From: Deltaproteobacteria bacterium
Lineage (GTDB): Bacteria; Myxococcota; Kuafuiibacteriia; Kuafuiibacteriales; Kuafuiibacteriaceae
Direction of reading: 5' to 3'
DNA length: 64,000 nt
Assembly (NCBI GenBank): GCA_040218735.1
Contig: JAVJQW010000012.1
Location: 288,001-352,000 of the forward strand
Position 1 is the stretch's first letter; each line of letters starts with the position of its first letter. Under the pieces are notes generated by a model. The model worked only from the letters and a program-made list of their open reading frames with translations. It did not search any database and was not told the DNA's origin. Of the stretch, positions 9,784-18,908 are shown piece after piece. Position numbers and translations under genes: made by a program.

Positions 9784-11972
9784 CGCGTCCTCCGCCCGTC
9801 GAGCACACGCTCGCAGATCTCGCGGATCGCACGCTTCTTGTGGGACGTCAGCTCTTCGAGCGCCTTCACCGCCCGCGGCGTCCCGTTGGTCAAGAGCGCC
9901 TGCGCGCAGCCCAGCCGCAGCTCTTCGTGTTCCTTGGACTCGATGAGGTGCGTCTCCATCAACAGCTCGACGAGCGGCTTCACCGCGAGCTGCGAGTGCG
10001 TGAGACCCAGCGCGCCGACCGCGGCCATGCGCAGCTTGTGGAGGTAGCGGCGATCGTCCGCCGACTCGAGGTGGAACAACTGGATGGCGTACTTCTCACC
10101 CTTCCACCCGGCGGCGTGCGCGAGCAGCGCGAGCGCCTCGCGCTCCTTGCAATCGACGAGGGTCTTGACCGCGACCTCCTTCGCTCGCACGGCGCCGTTC
10201 TTCATCGTGATCTTCGCGAGCTTCACGGCGGTGGCCGCGTTGGCCTTCAGCGCCGCGCGGAGGATGTGATTCACTCGGAGCGGATCCACGTTGGCGATGC
10301 GCTCGGAGCCCAGCCGATACAGCGTCCCCGGATCGAACTGCCCGAGTCGGTCGATCAGCGCCTCCTGCAGGCGCCGGTCCGTCGCCCCCTCCAGCGCAGA
10401 GAGGAGGAGCTCACCCATCATCCGGCTCTGACCCGAGTTGCGCTCCAGGAGCTGCATCGACCACTTCCGACCGCGCTCCGTGCCGAGGATCCCCCGGACG
10501 TGCTCCTCGAGCGCCTCCGCGCGCTCGCCGTCCGCGCGTTTCATCATCGCGAGGAGGAGCTTCAGGCACTGGTCGTTGGCGGCCTGTGTGTCGAGGCGAT
10601 CGAGCATCGCCGTGCAGCGCAGGACGAACGCCTCGCTCAGCGCTCCGGGCTCCTCCAGCACCGCGATGAGGACACGCATCGCAAACGTCTCCTCCACGGC
10701 ATCCGCGCGGGTGTGCAGGATGTCTTGCCCGTCGACCTTGGAGAGCTGATCGCGCATCCGCGCGACCGCGTACTGCGCGAGCTCCTCCTTCGACTCCGCG
10801 ACGTTCATCTGCAGCATGCCGAGCGCGCGATCGTCGAACGCACGAGACTGCATCTCCTGCCAGAGCACGCCGTCGATGCGTTTGCCCTTCTTCTCCAGCG
10901 ACCCGTCGATCTGATCCAGCAGCTTGCGGCGCTCGGACTCGACCGGCCTCAAGCGCCGCAACACGTTGCCGATCGCCCGGACAGCTTCGGAGTCTCCGCC
11001 GTCCTTCAGGAGCGCCGACGCCATCGTCGCGACGAGCATCCGGTCGTCGACACGGCCGGCGAGCTCGGCGACGGCCGCCTCCTGCTCCGGCGAGCCCGGC
11101 TCCTCACCGCCCGCGAGCCTCCGCAGGAGCGCGAAGCGTGCGTCGGGCGCGAGGCGGACCAAGGCCCCCGCGAGCAGGTCCGCGCTCTGGCCGATCTCCT
11201 CGACGTTGGCCCCCCGCCGCAGCGCCCCCTGGTTGCGCAAGTAGGCTTGCGCCGCGTAGTCGGCGAGGTCGTCGCCGGTGATCAGTCCGAAGGCGCCGCC
11301 GGCCCCGTCGCCGCCCACGACGGTCCCGGACTCGCCGCTGTCGAGCAGGTCGTCAAGGAACGCGCCGAGGGACTCGACGCTCCCGAGGTGTTCGAGGCTG
11401 ACCGCGAGCTGGTCACCGACCGCCCCGCCCTCGCGCTCGAAACGAAGCACCTCCTCCAGCGCGACGAGCGCCACCGGATCCCCGCCGACGAGCGGCGCGA
11501 GATCCGCGGTGTCGGACGCAAACAGCGTAGCGAAGTCGACCTCGACCGCGCGCACGCCGACCGCGTTCTCCTGCTGGAGCAACGCCGCGACCCCACCCGC
11601 GTGACGTATGCGATCCTCCTTCTCCGCGAGCGCGCGCATCAACGCGCTGAGGCTCGGCTCGTCGACGTGTTCGTCGATGCGCACCGCAACGACGCTCCGC
11701 TCGAACATCCGCTCCGCGAGCGCGCGCGACGGCGGGTCGTCGAGCGAGAAGCCCTCGCGGTCCACCACGAGATGCCTCCCTCCGCAGCCGAGCGTCACGG
11801 AGTCCTCCAGCTCGAACGCGCGCATCAACGCCTGATGCGCTTCGCGCCGGGTCGACTCGAACACCGGGTGCGTCGCGTCGTAGTACCCCATCGCGCGAAT
11901 CGCGCGCGCAAACGCACGCACGACGTCGAGGAGCAACGCCGCCTGCGGCGTCATGAGGTCGTCTAGGTCCAC
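9780..11972 (-). CDS. HEAT-repeat protein
   Basis: N-terminal RAMGYYDATHP motif typical of HEAT proteins paired with HD-GYP genes; C-terminal HEAT repeats (LRMAAVGALG, LRLGCAQAL); ATGA overlap with the HD gene. Confidence 0.75.
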   Translation of the reverse strand: MDLDDLMTPQAALLLDVVRAFARAIRAMGYYDATHPVFESTRREAHQALMRAFELEDSVTLGCGGRHLVVDREGFSLDDPPSRALAERMFERSVVAVRIDEHVDEPSLSALMRALAEKEDRIRHAGGVAALLQQENAVGVRAVEVDFATLFASDTADLAPLVGGDPVALVALEEVLRFEREGGAVGDQLAVSLEHLGSVESLGAFLDDLLDSGESGTVVGGDGAGGAFGLITGDDLADYAAQAYLRNQGALRRGANVEEIGQSADLLAGALVRLAPDARFALLRRLAGGEEPGSPEQEAAVAELAGRVDDRMLVATMASALLKDGGDSEAVRAIGNVLRRLRPVESERRKLLDQIDGSLEKKGKRIDGVLWQEMQSRAFDDRALGMLQMNVAESKEELAQYAVARMRDQLSKVDGQDILHTRADAVEETFAMRVLIAVLEEPGALSEAFVLRCTAMLDRLDTQAANDQCLKLLLAMMKRADGERAEALEEHVRGILGTERGRKWSMQLLERNSGQSRMMGELLLSALEGATDRRLQEALIDRLGQFDPGTLYRLGSERIANVDPLRVNHILRAALKANAATAVKLAKITMKNGAVRAKEVAVKTLVDCKEREALALLAHAAGWKGEKYAIQLFHLESADDRRYLHKLRMAAVGALGLTHSQLAVKPLVELLMETHLIESKEHEELRLGCAQALLTNGTPRAVKALEELTSHKKRAIREICERVLDGRRTR

Positions 11973-14146
11973 GATCCGATCGCCTCGATGATGTTGGTGA
12001 ACCGTTTACTGCTCTTGCCGATCAGCTCGAAGTACGGGTGCCCGGCCAAGGCCCGCAGGACGAGCCGCAGCTCACCCGACGGTGACCGGAGCACGACGAA
12101 GCGCTCCCCCGTCGCGCCGCGCCGTTTGAGCTGGCGGGCCGACAGCTCGACCGACACCCGCTCCAGCATCCCGCGCCGATTGCGCGCGTAGGCGTCGAGC
12201 GCGGACGAGGTCACCAGGACGCCGCCGTTGTGCACGAGTCCGCCGTCGCCGACCTCCACCGTGAACCCGGTGTCGAGCATGGCCGGTGCCCCCTTCCGAC
12301 GCATCGTCGCCTCGCTCGCTTCGAGCAGCGCGGGCGCGTACCAGGCGTCGTCGTCCTCGGTGCCGGTCGCGCCCCACGCGACACACGCGTTCACGATCGG
12401 GAGCGGCGGATCCAAGGCGTTGGCCTCCGCGGTCAGCATCTGGAGGCGGTCCTCGATCACGAGGCGCCCGTGCATCGTCTCTTCGTCGGAGAACGAGCGC
12501 TCGGCTTCGTCTGAGAGCTCTTGGAGCCGACGCGTGAGCTCGACCCGTTCCTCCTCGATCTCCGCGAGCCGCGAGGAGCGTCCGCCGAGCGCGTCGTGGG
12601 TGGAGCGGCCGAACGTCTCCTCGATGCGCGTAAGCACCGCTTCGTCGAGCGCCTCCGCCAACGCGACGATGCCGACCACGTCGCCCGCGTACGCGATGCC
12701 GCGCTGGTGGCACTCGACGCACCGCAGATCGCGGCCGGCCGCGCCGATGCGCATCTGTAGCTCGGTGGCGGGGCGGTGCACGTGGCGCTGGAGGATCTGC
12801 TGGATCGATCGCGGACCCGAGCTCGCGACGCGTGCGACGAGGTCGGTGGTGTCGACATAGAGCACCGCCTCGGTCGTCGACGACGGCAGGACGAAGAGCG
12901 GACCTTCGTCGACCGCGACGCGGTAGTGCGCGCCGCGCTCGTACGCCTCGCGGTCGTCGTCGACCTCCAGAAGAGGCGCGCGGATCGTCGTGCCGAGGTG
13001 CGCCGTGTGCCGGTCGAGCATCATCGCGACGGCGCCGCGGGCGGCGAGCGTCGCGCGTTCGGCGACGTCGCCGTGGACCCCGAGCGGACGCGCTTCGCCG
13101 CGCTCCACCTCGGGGACGCCATTCAGCAACTTCATCGCAGCGTCGCGCGCGCGCGGCTCCCCGATCGGTGCTTCGCTCAGCCACGCGAGGAACCGGCGAC
13201 GGCGCGGTTCGTTGAACACCACCTGCGTGAGGTTCTTCTCGCTCGCGAGCGCCTCTTCGAGCGGCACCAGCTCGCGCCCCGGAGCGAGGCTCTTGAAGTA
13301 CGCGAGCAGCAGCGCGTCGTGTACGAGCTCCAGCAGCGTCGCCGAGAGCAAGGCGCGGCGCGTCTGCTCGTCGACGACCAACCGGCGCGCGAGCGTCGAC
13401 ACGACGCGCTCCAGATCGATGATCTCCAGCGGCGGCACCAACACCCGCCGCGCGAGCCGCGTCGCCACCGGGTGCGTGCGGTAGGCGGAGAGCGGGCGAC
13501 GCTCGAACGCGGTCGCGTCCGCCCCCAACGTGAGCGCGCTGGTCGTCACGCTGGTCTGCAGCGCGAGGCGCATCGGGACGTCGTCCTTCACGCGGTCCGT
13601 GTTGACGATCGCCTCCATCGCGAGTTCGAGCGCCGCGGCGGTCCACGCCCGCTGCGCCTCGGACGCACCGCGACGGTCCAACAGATCACGGAGCCGCGAC
13701 GCCAACACCACGTGCACGAGGTATGCGGTCTCGAGGCCGCCCTCGCCGCGCCCGACCTCCTCGAGGCCCTTCGTCTGAACGTCCGCGACCACCGAGAGCC
13801 AAGACGCCGCCGCCTTGTCGAGCCACTGCGCGACGGCGCGGGGCGCGATGTCGGCGTCGAGCTGTGCGAGGCGAATCGCGCGACGGAGCTGGTCGTCCGG
13901 CACAGCGCGCGGGTGGAGATCCCCCCTCGGACCCGGGAGGAGGTCGTCCAGTCGGTCGGTCAGCTCCGCGTCGAACGCGTAGGGGACGACGGTGCGCGCG
14001 CCGCGATCCCCGGCCGCGAGGCGGAGACGCTCCGGCGGGAGCGCGAGGAGCCGCGCGTAGGAGAATCGCCCCTGACGGCATGCGGCGAAGCAGCGTTGGT
14101 ACAGATCGAGCCGCCATCTCAGCTCGCCGGGTACGGACGTCTGCAT
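11963..14146 (-). CDS. Hypothetical protein, possible degenerate class III nucleotide cyclase fold with coiled-coil insert
   Basis: 727-aa ORF overlapping the next gene. C-terminal half has EAVLYVD, ACVAWG and GGVLVTSSALDAY, plus the coiled coil LAEIEEERVELTRRLQEL. Confidence 0.6.
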   Translation of the reverse strand: MQTSVPGELRWRLDLYQRCFAACRQGRFSYARLLALPPERLRLAAGDRGARTVVPYAFDAELTDRLDDLLPGPRGDLHPRAVPDDQLRRAIRLAQLDADIAPRAVAQWLDKAAASWLSVVADVQTKGLEEVGRGEGGLETAYLVHVVLASRLRDLLDRRGASEAQRAWTAAALELAMEAIVNTDRVKDDVPMRLALQTSVTTSALTLGADATAFERRPLSAYRTHPVATRLARRVLVPPLEIIDLERVVSTLARRLVVDEQTRRALLSATLLELVHDALLLAYFKSLAPGRELVPLEEALASEKNLTQVVFNEPRRRRFLAWLSEAPIGEPRARDAAMKLLNGVPEVERGEARPLGVHGDVAERATLAARGAVAMMLDRHTAHLGTTIRAPLLEVDDDREAYERGAHYRVAVDEGPLFVLPSSTTEAVLYVDTTDLVARVASSGPRSIQQILQRHVHRPATELQMRIGAAGRDLRCVECHQRGIAYAGDVVGIVALAEALDEAVLTRIEETFGRSTHDALGGRSSRLAEIEEERVELTRRLQELSDEAERSFSDEETMHGRLVIEDRLQMLTAEANALDPPLPIVNACVAWGATGTEDDDAWYAPALLEASEATMRRKGAPAMLDTGFTVEVGDGGLVHNGGVLVTSSALDAYARNRRGMLERVSVELSARQLKRRGATGERFVVLRSPSGELRLVLRALAGHPYFELIGKSSKRFTNIIEAIGSWT

Positions 14147-14213
14147 CGAGCCCGGGCGAGAGGATAGCCGATCGCTCGCACGCGGTCACAACGACGCGGT
14201 ACAGTCCGGCGCC

Positions 14214-15422
14214 ATGGCGAACCCCTTCGGCCTGATCGACCCGTCCCGCTTCGGGCAGCTCGAACCCGTGGCCGACGGGCTCGCGATGATTCACGGCTTC
14301 GCCAACGTCGGCCTGGTCTACGGGCGGGGCGCCGCCCTCGTCGTCGACGTGAGCGCACGGATGCTCGCGTCGGCCGCCATCGAAGCCCTGCGCCGGGCCA
14401 CGGACGAACCCGTAGGCGCCATCGTCTACACCCACGGACATGTGGACCACACCAGCGGCGCGGAGCTGTTCCTCGCAGACGCGGAGCAACGCGGACACGC
14501 CCGCCCCACGGTCTGGGCCCACGCCCTCGTCCAGTCACGGTTCGACCGCTACGCGAAGACCTGGGGCTGGAACAACGAGGTGAACCGACGCCAGTTCGGG
14601 ATGCCGCCCGGCACCGAGCTGTTCCCGAAGTCGTTCGTGCCGCCGGACGAGACGTACGAGGAGGAGACCGCATTCGACCTCGCGGGGGAGCGCGTCGAGC
14701 TGTACCACGCTCGCGCCGAGACGGACGACGCGACCTGGGTGTGGCTCCCGGAGCGCCGCGCCGCGCTCGTCGGCGACCTGATCGTGCACTCCATGCCGAA
14801 CACCGGGAACCCGAACAAACCGCAGCGCTACACGCTCGGGTGGGCCGAGGCGCTCGAACGGATCCGCGACATGAACCCGGCCCACGTCATCCCCGGGCAC
14901 GGCAACCCGATCGCCGGCGACCACGCGCTGACGGTGCTCGACGACACCGCGCGTGCGCTCCGGTTCCTCCACGACGCGGTGGTCGAACGGATGAACGAGG
15001 GCAAGTGGCCGCAGCAGATCGTGGACGAAGGCATCACGCTGCCGGACGACCTCGCGAACGCACCGCACCTCGCGCCGATCTACGGGTGCGCGGCGTTCGT
15101 GGTGCGTGACGTGCTCCGCTGCTACGCGGGGTGGTGGAACGGCGATCCGGCGGAGCTGCTCCCCGCGCCGCGTGCGCAGGTCGCAGCGGATCTGCTCGCG
15201 CTGATGGATCGCGACGCGGTGGTCGCGCGGATCGAGGCGTTGAAGACGAGCGGCGAATTGCGACGCGCGCTGCACCTCGTGATGACGCTCGTCGACGCCG
15301 CGCCCGACGACGACGACGCGCGGCGCCTCGCGGTGTCGGTGCTCGAGGCGGCCGCGGAGAACGAGCCGAGCTTCATCGCGCGTAACTTCTACTCCGCGGC
15401 GGCGACGCGCTTTTCGACATGA
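14214..15422 (+). CDS. Alkyl sulfatase-like MBL-fold hydrolase with dimerisation domain
   Basis: YTHGHVDH, ETDDATWVW, PNTGNP, PGHG, YAGWWNGDPAEL, ARNFY. Confidence 0.85.
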   Translation: MANPFGLIDPSRFGQLEPVADGLAMIHGFANVGLVYGRGAALVVDVSARMLASAAIEALRRATDEPVGAIVYTHGHVDHTSGAELFLADAEQRGHARPTVWAHALVQSRFDRYAKTWGWNNEVNRRQFGMPPGTELFPKSFVPPDETYEEETAFDLAGERVELYHARAETDDATWVWLPERRAALVGDLIVHSMPNTGNPNKPQRYTLGWAEALERIRDMNPAHVIPGHGNPIAGDHALTVLDDTARALRFLHDAVVERMNEGKWPQQIVDEGITLPDDLANAPHLAPIYGCAAFVVRDVLRCYAGWWNGDPAELLPAPRAQVAADLLALMDRDAVVARIEALKTSGELRRALHLVMTLVDAAPDDDDARRLAVSVLEAAAENEPSFIARNFYSAAATRFST

Positions 15423-16249
15423 TCGCGCTGAACCTCGGTGGCCTCGACATCCGGGCCTATTCGGTCGGCGGGGTGGAGACGTGTTTCGTGCTCCCGCGCT
15501 ACGACGTGTGCCTCGACATCGGCCGCTGCCCGCGCGGCGCCGAGCGTCAGGGGCACCTGCTCCTGACCCACGCGCACATCGATCACGCCGCCGGGTTGCC
15601 GTACTACGTTTCGCTGCGGGCGCTGATGTCGATGAAGCCGCCGCGCGTCGCGTGCCCGGAGGCCTCCGCGGAGACGCTGAAGACGATCCTCGACACGTGG
15701 GCGACGCTCCAGGCCGATTCGGATCGGCTGCACCTCGTCGCGGTGAAGCCGGGGGACCGCATCCCGCTGAAACACGGCGCGTACGCGGTCGCGTACCGGT
15801 CGCCGCACCGCATCGCGTGTGTCGGCTACACGATCTACTCCACGAAGAAGAAGCTGAAGGACGAGCTCACAGGGCTGCCGGGTGAAGAGATCGCGAAGCG
15901 CGCGCGCGCCGGTGAAGAGGTCAACACGGTGACCGAGTCGGCGGAGGTCTCGTTCCCCGGCGACACACGCATCGAGGTCGTCGAGACGGAGCCCAGCGTG
16001 CGGACCGCGAAGGTGTTGATCCTGGAGTCGACGTTCGTGGGTGATTCGATCGCACCGGAGAAGGCGAAGCGCACCGGGCACGTCCACCTCGATCAGATCG
16101 CGGAGCGCGCCGACCTCTTCGAAAACGAGCACATCCTCCTCACGCACTTCTCGAGGAGACACTCGGCGGCGCAGATCCACGACGAGGCGAAGAAGAAGCT
16201 CCCGCCGCACCTGTACGAGCGCGTGACGTTACTCGTTCACGAAGGGTGA
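15419..16249 (+). CDS. MBL-fold ribonuclease Z-like protein (TM-type)
   Basis: YSVGGVETC, THAHIDH, FPGDT, LILESTF, GHVHL, THFSRRH; ATGA-coupled to the upstream gene. Confidence 0.8.
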   Translation: MIALNLGGLDIRAYSVGGVETCFVLPRYDVCLDIGRCPRGAERQGHLLLTHAHIDHAAGLPYYVSLRALMSMKPPRVACPEASAETLKTILDTWATLQADSDRLHLVAVKPGDRIPLKHGAYAVAYRSPHRIACVGYTIYSTKKKLKDELTGLPGEEIAKRARAGEEVNTVTESAEVSFPGDTRIEVVETEPSVRTAKVLILESTFVGDSIAPEKAKRTGHVHLDQIAERADLFENEHILLTHFSRRHSAAQIHDEAKKKLPPHLYERVTLLVHEG

Positions 16250-16858
16250 GCCCGCTTCGAGCGCGGCGAGCTCCGGCTCGACCTTCTCTTCGTAGCAGCT
16301 CGGGCAGATGCCGTGAGAGAAACGCACCGTGGTGCGCTCCGTGAAATAACGTTCGACCTGCTGCCAGTAGTCGCCGTCCGAGCGCACCTTCTTGCAGTAG
16401 CTACAGATCGGGAGGAGGTTTTCGAGCTCGTGCACCTTCGCGAGCGCGGACTCGAGCTCGTCGACGCGTAGCTCGAGGTCCATCTGCAGCCGAACGATGC
16501 GCGTCGCGGCGCGGAGGCGGGCTTCGAGCTCGTGGGGGGTGAAGGGCTTCTCGATGTAGTCGTCGGCGCCGGCGCCGAGGCCTTCGACGACGTTTTCGTC
16601 GCGCTGCTTGGCGGTGAGGAGGATGATGTACGTGACGCGGTTCGGGGAGGCGCGGCGGAGCTTGCGGCAGATGTCGACGCCCGCGAGGCCCGGCATCATC
16701 CAGTCGAGGATCATGAGGTTCGGGGCGTCGTCGGCGCGCGCGGCTTCCCAGGCCTCCGTGCCGGAGGCGTACAGCTCGGGGGCGTAACCCCAGACCGTCA
16801 GCGCAGACGCGATGAGGTGGCGCTGAACGGGATCGTCTTCGGCGACGAGGACACGCAA
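16229..16858 (-). CDS. Response regulator with C-terminal CxxC/HxxCxxC module
   Basis: LRVLVAEDD, ILDWMMPG, GADDYIEKP; C-terminus LLPICSYCKKVR...FSHGICPSC. Confidence 0.9.
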   Translation of the reverse strand: MRVLVAEDDPVQRHLIASALTVWGYAPELYASGTEAWEAARADDAPNLMILDWMMPGLAGVDICRKLRRASPNRVTYIILLTAKQRDENVVEGLGAGADDYIEKPFTPHELEARLRAATRIVRLQMDLELRVDELESALAKVHELENLLPICSYCKKVRSDGDYWQQVERYFTERTTVRFSHGICPSCYEEKVEPELAALEAGSPFVNE

Positions 16859-16896
16859 GGCGACCCGAATTGTACGCGCCCACCGACGTTTTGGTA

Positions 16897-16912
16897 CGGA
16901 GAATCTCTTGCT
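16897..16912 (+). promoter_or_regulatory. Candidate sigma54 (-24/-12) promoter for the Hpt gene
   Basis: CGGAGAATCTCTTGCT: GG 16898-16899, N10, GC 16910-16911; weak -24 element. Confidence 0.3.
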
Positions 16913-16925
16913 AACGTCTGAGTGA

Positions 16926-17300
16926 ATGCCCGCCCCGGGGATCATCGACATCGAGCGTATCGAATCGCTCCGGTCCATCGGCGACGGCAATCTGTCCGGG
17001 CTCATCGAGGAGCTCACCACCCTCTTCCGCGACACCCGCGCCGAGTACATCGGAGCCGTCGAAGCAGCGATCGCGGCGAAGGACGCGGAGGCGGTGGGCA
17101 TCGCGATCCACACGTTCAAGGCGTCGTCCCGATCACTCGGCGCACTCCGCGTGGTGCAACGCTGCGCCCAGATCGAGGAGGCGGCGCGCGAGGGTGATCT
17201 CGATCGCGCCGAGCGGCTCCTCGCGGACCTGGGTCCGGTCATCGGCGAGGCCACCGAAGCGCTCTTCTCGCTGGCCGCGAGCGGCGAGCTCGACGGTTGA
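16926..17300 (+). CDS. Hpt (histidine phosphotransfer) domain protein
   Basis: IHTFKASSRSLGA...CAQIE Hpt signature; divergent from the response regulator. Confidence 0.85.
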   Translation: MPAPGIIDIERIESLRSIGDGNLSGLIEELTTLFRDTRAEYIGAVEAAIAAKDAEAVGIAIHTFKASSRSLGALRVVQRCAQIEEAAREGDLDRAERLLADLGPVIGEATEALFSLAASGELDG

Positions 17301-18352
17301 GCCACCTCGGCCGCCACTTCCGCAGGGCGCCCGACGGCCGGCTGCGGTGCGAGGTCTGCCCGCGGTTCTGCACACTCGCGGACGGCCAGCGCGGGCTGTG
17401 TTTCGTGCGCAAACGCGAGGGCGACGACATCGTCCTCACCACCTACGGGCGGAGCAGCGGCTTCGTGATCGACCCGATCGAGAAGAAGCCGCTCAACCAC
17501 TTCTACCCCGGGACGAGTGTGCTCTCGTTCGGAACCGCGGGCTGCAACCTAGCTTGCAAGTTCTGCCAGAACTGGGACATCTCGAAGTCGCGCGAGCTCG
17601 ACACACTCCAGTCGGAGGCGTCGCCGGATCGGATCGCCGAGCTGTGCGTCGAGAGCGGCGCGAAGAGCGTCGCGTTCACGTACAACGATCCGGTCATCTT
17701 CCTGGAGTACGCGGTCGACACGGCCAAGGCGTGCCGGGAGCGCGGCGTGAAGACCGTCGCGGTCACGGCCGGCTACCTCACCGACGCCGCGCGACGCGAC
17801 TTCTTCTCGGACATCGACGCCGCCAACGTCGACCTCAAGGCGTTCACCGACGACTTCTACCGTGACGTCACCGCGAGCGCTCTGCAGCCGGTGCTCGACA
17901 CGCTGAAGTACCTGCGACACGAGACCGACGTCTGGTTCGAGGTCACGACGCTCCTCATCCCCGGCCTGAACGACGACGACGATCAGCTCGACCGGCAGAT
18001 CGCGTGGATGCTCGAGCACCTCGGCCCCGAGGTGCCCCTGCACTTCTCCGCGTACCACCCCGACTACAAGATGGACCGCCCGGCCACGCCGAAGTCCACG
18101 TTGACGCGCGCGCGCGACCGCGCCCGCCGCGCGGGCCTTCACTACGTCTACACCGGCAACGTGCACGACGCGGAGGGCGACACCACGCGCTGCCCGGCGT
18201 GCGGCGAAGCGGTCATCGAGCGCGACTGGTACGACATCGAGCGGTACGCGCTCGACCGTGAGGGCCGGTGTGCATGCGGCGCCGCGATCACGGGGCGCTT
18301 CGGTGAAGACGCGGGGTCGTGGGGACGAAGGCGCCTGCGCGTGGTTCCTTAG
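17297..18352 (+). CDS. amrS: AmmeMemoRadiSam system radical SAM enzyme
   Basis: CEVCPRFC...DPIEKKPLNHFYPG, GCNLACKFCQNWDIS (CxxxCxxC), YVYTGNVH, CPACG. Confidence 0.92.
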   Translation: MSHLGRHFRRAPDGRLRCEVCPRFCTLADGQRGLCFVRKREGDDIVLTTYGRSSGFVIDPIEKKPLNHFYPGTSVLSFGTAGCNLACKFCQNWDISKSRELDTLQSEASPDRIAELCVESGAKSVAFTYNDPVIFLEYAVDTAKACRERGVKTVAVTAGYLTDAARRDFFSDIDAANVDLKAFTDDFYRDVTASALQPVLDTLKYLRHETDVWFEVTTLLIPGLNDDDDQLDRQIAWMLEHLGPEVPLHFSAYHPDYKMDRPATPKSTLTRARDRARRAGLHYVYTGNVHDAEGDTTRCPACGEAVIERDWYDIERYALDREGRCACGAAITGRFGEDAGSWGRRRLRVVP

Positions 18353-18903
18353 AAGTCCTCGCGGGGACTCGCGAGCAACCGGAGCACACCGCGCACGATC
18401 CACGCGGTCCCCATCCCGCCGTATACCCACTGGCCGGCGGTCGAGTCCGCGGTGAGAAAGAAGTATAGCGCGACACAACCGGTCGCGACGGCCGACGAGA
18501 CGCGGCCGATGCTCACGCTCGTGAAGTTCTCCACGCGTGTCATCCGCACCCACCACACCCAGAGCACGCCGACGAGGACCATCGGGAACGCGACGGCGGT
18601 GAGGAGCTCCTCGAGGTAGCGCAGCGGCTTGGGCGTCTGAGCTCGCCAGGCGTGCCGTAGCAGGCCCGACACCGTGTCGCTCGTCCCGTCGTCGAATTGG
18701 GTCGTGCGGAGGATTGCCCTCGCGTCCTCCGCGCTCCCGGTGTACGCGACCGGGTCCTGCTTGCGGGCTTCGAGGCGGTCGTCGATCTCGGTGCGACCGT
18801 CGAAGATCTCGGGCGCGACGGACTGCATCGCACCGCAGTGCGGGCACCGGCCCGCCTGACGACTCATCTTTGCGCCGCAGGCCTCGCAGTTGCGCGTCGC
18901 CAT
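18349..18903 (-). CDS. Zinc-ribbon membrane protein
   Basis: N-terminal CEACG...CPHCG; three C-terminal hydrophobic segments. Confidence 0.7.
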   Translation of the reverse strand: MATRNCEACGAKMSRQAGRCPHCGAMQSVAPEIFDGRTEIDDRLEARKQDPVAYTGSAEDARAILRTTQFDDGTSDTVSGLLRHAWRAQTPKPLRYLEELLTAVAFPMVLVGVLWVWWVRMTRVENFTSVSIGRVSSAVATGCVALYFFLTADSTAGQWVYGGMGTAWIVRGVLRLLASPREDF

Positions 18904-18908
18904 CGGGA

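Noticed and set aside
8335-14167. Long plus-strand ORFs (570, 708 and 463 aa)
   Set aside because: Mirror frames of the HD, HEAT and hypothetical genes; no motifs and biased composition.
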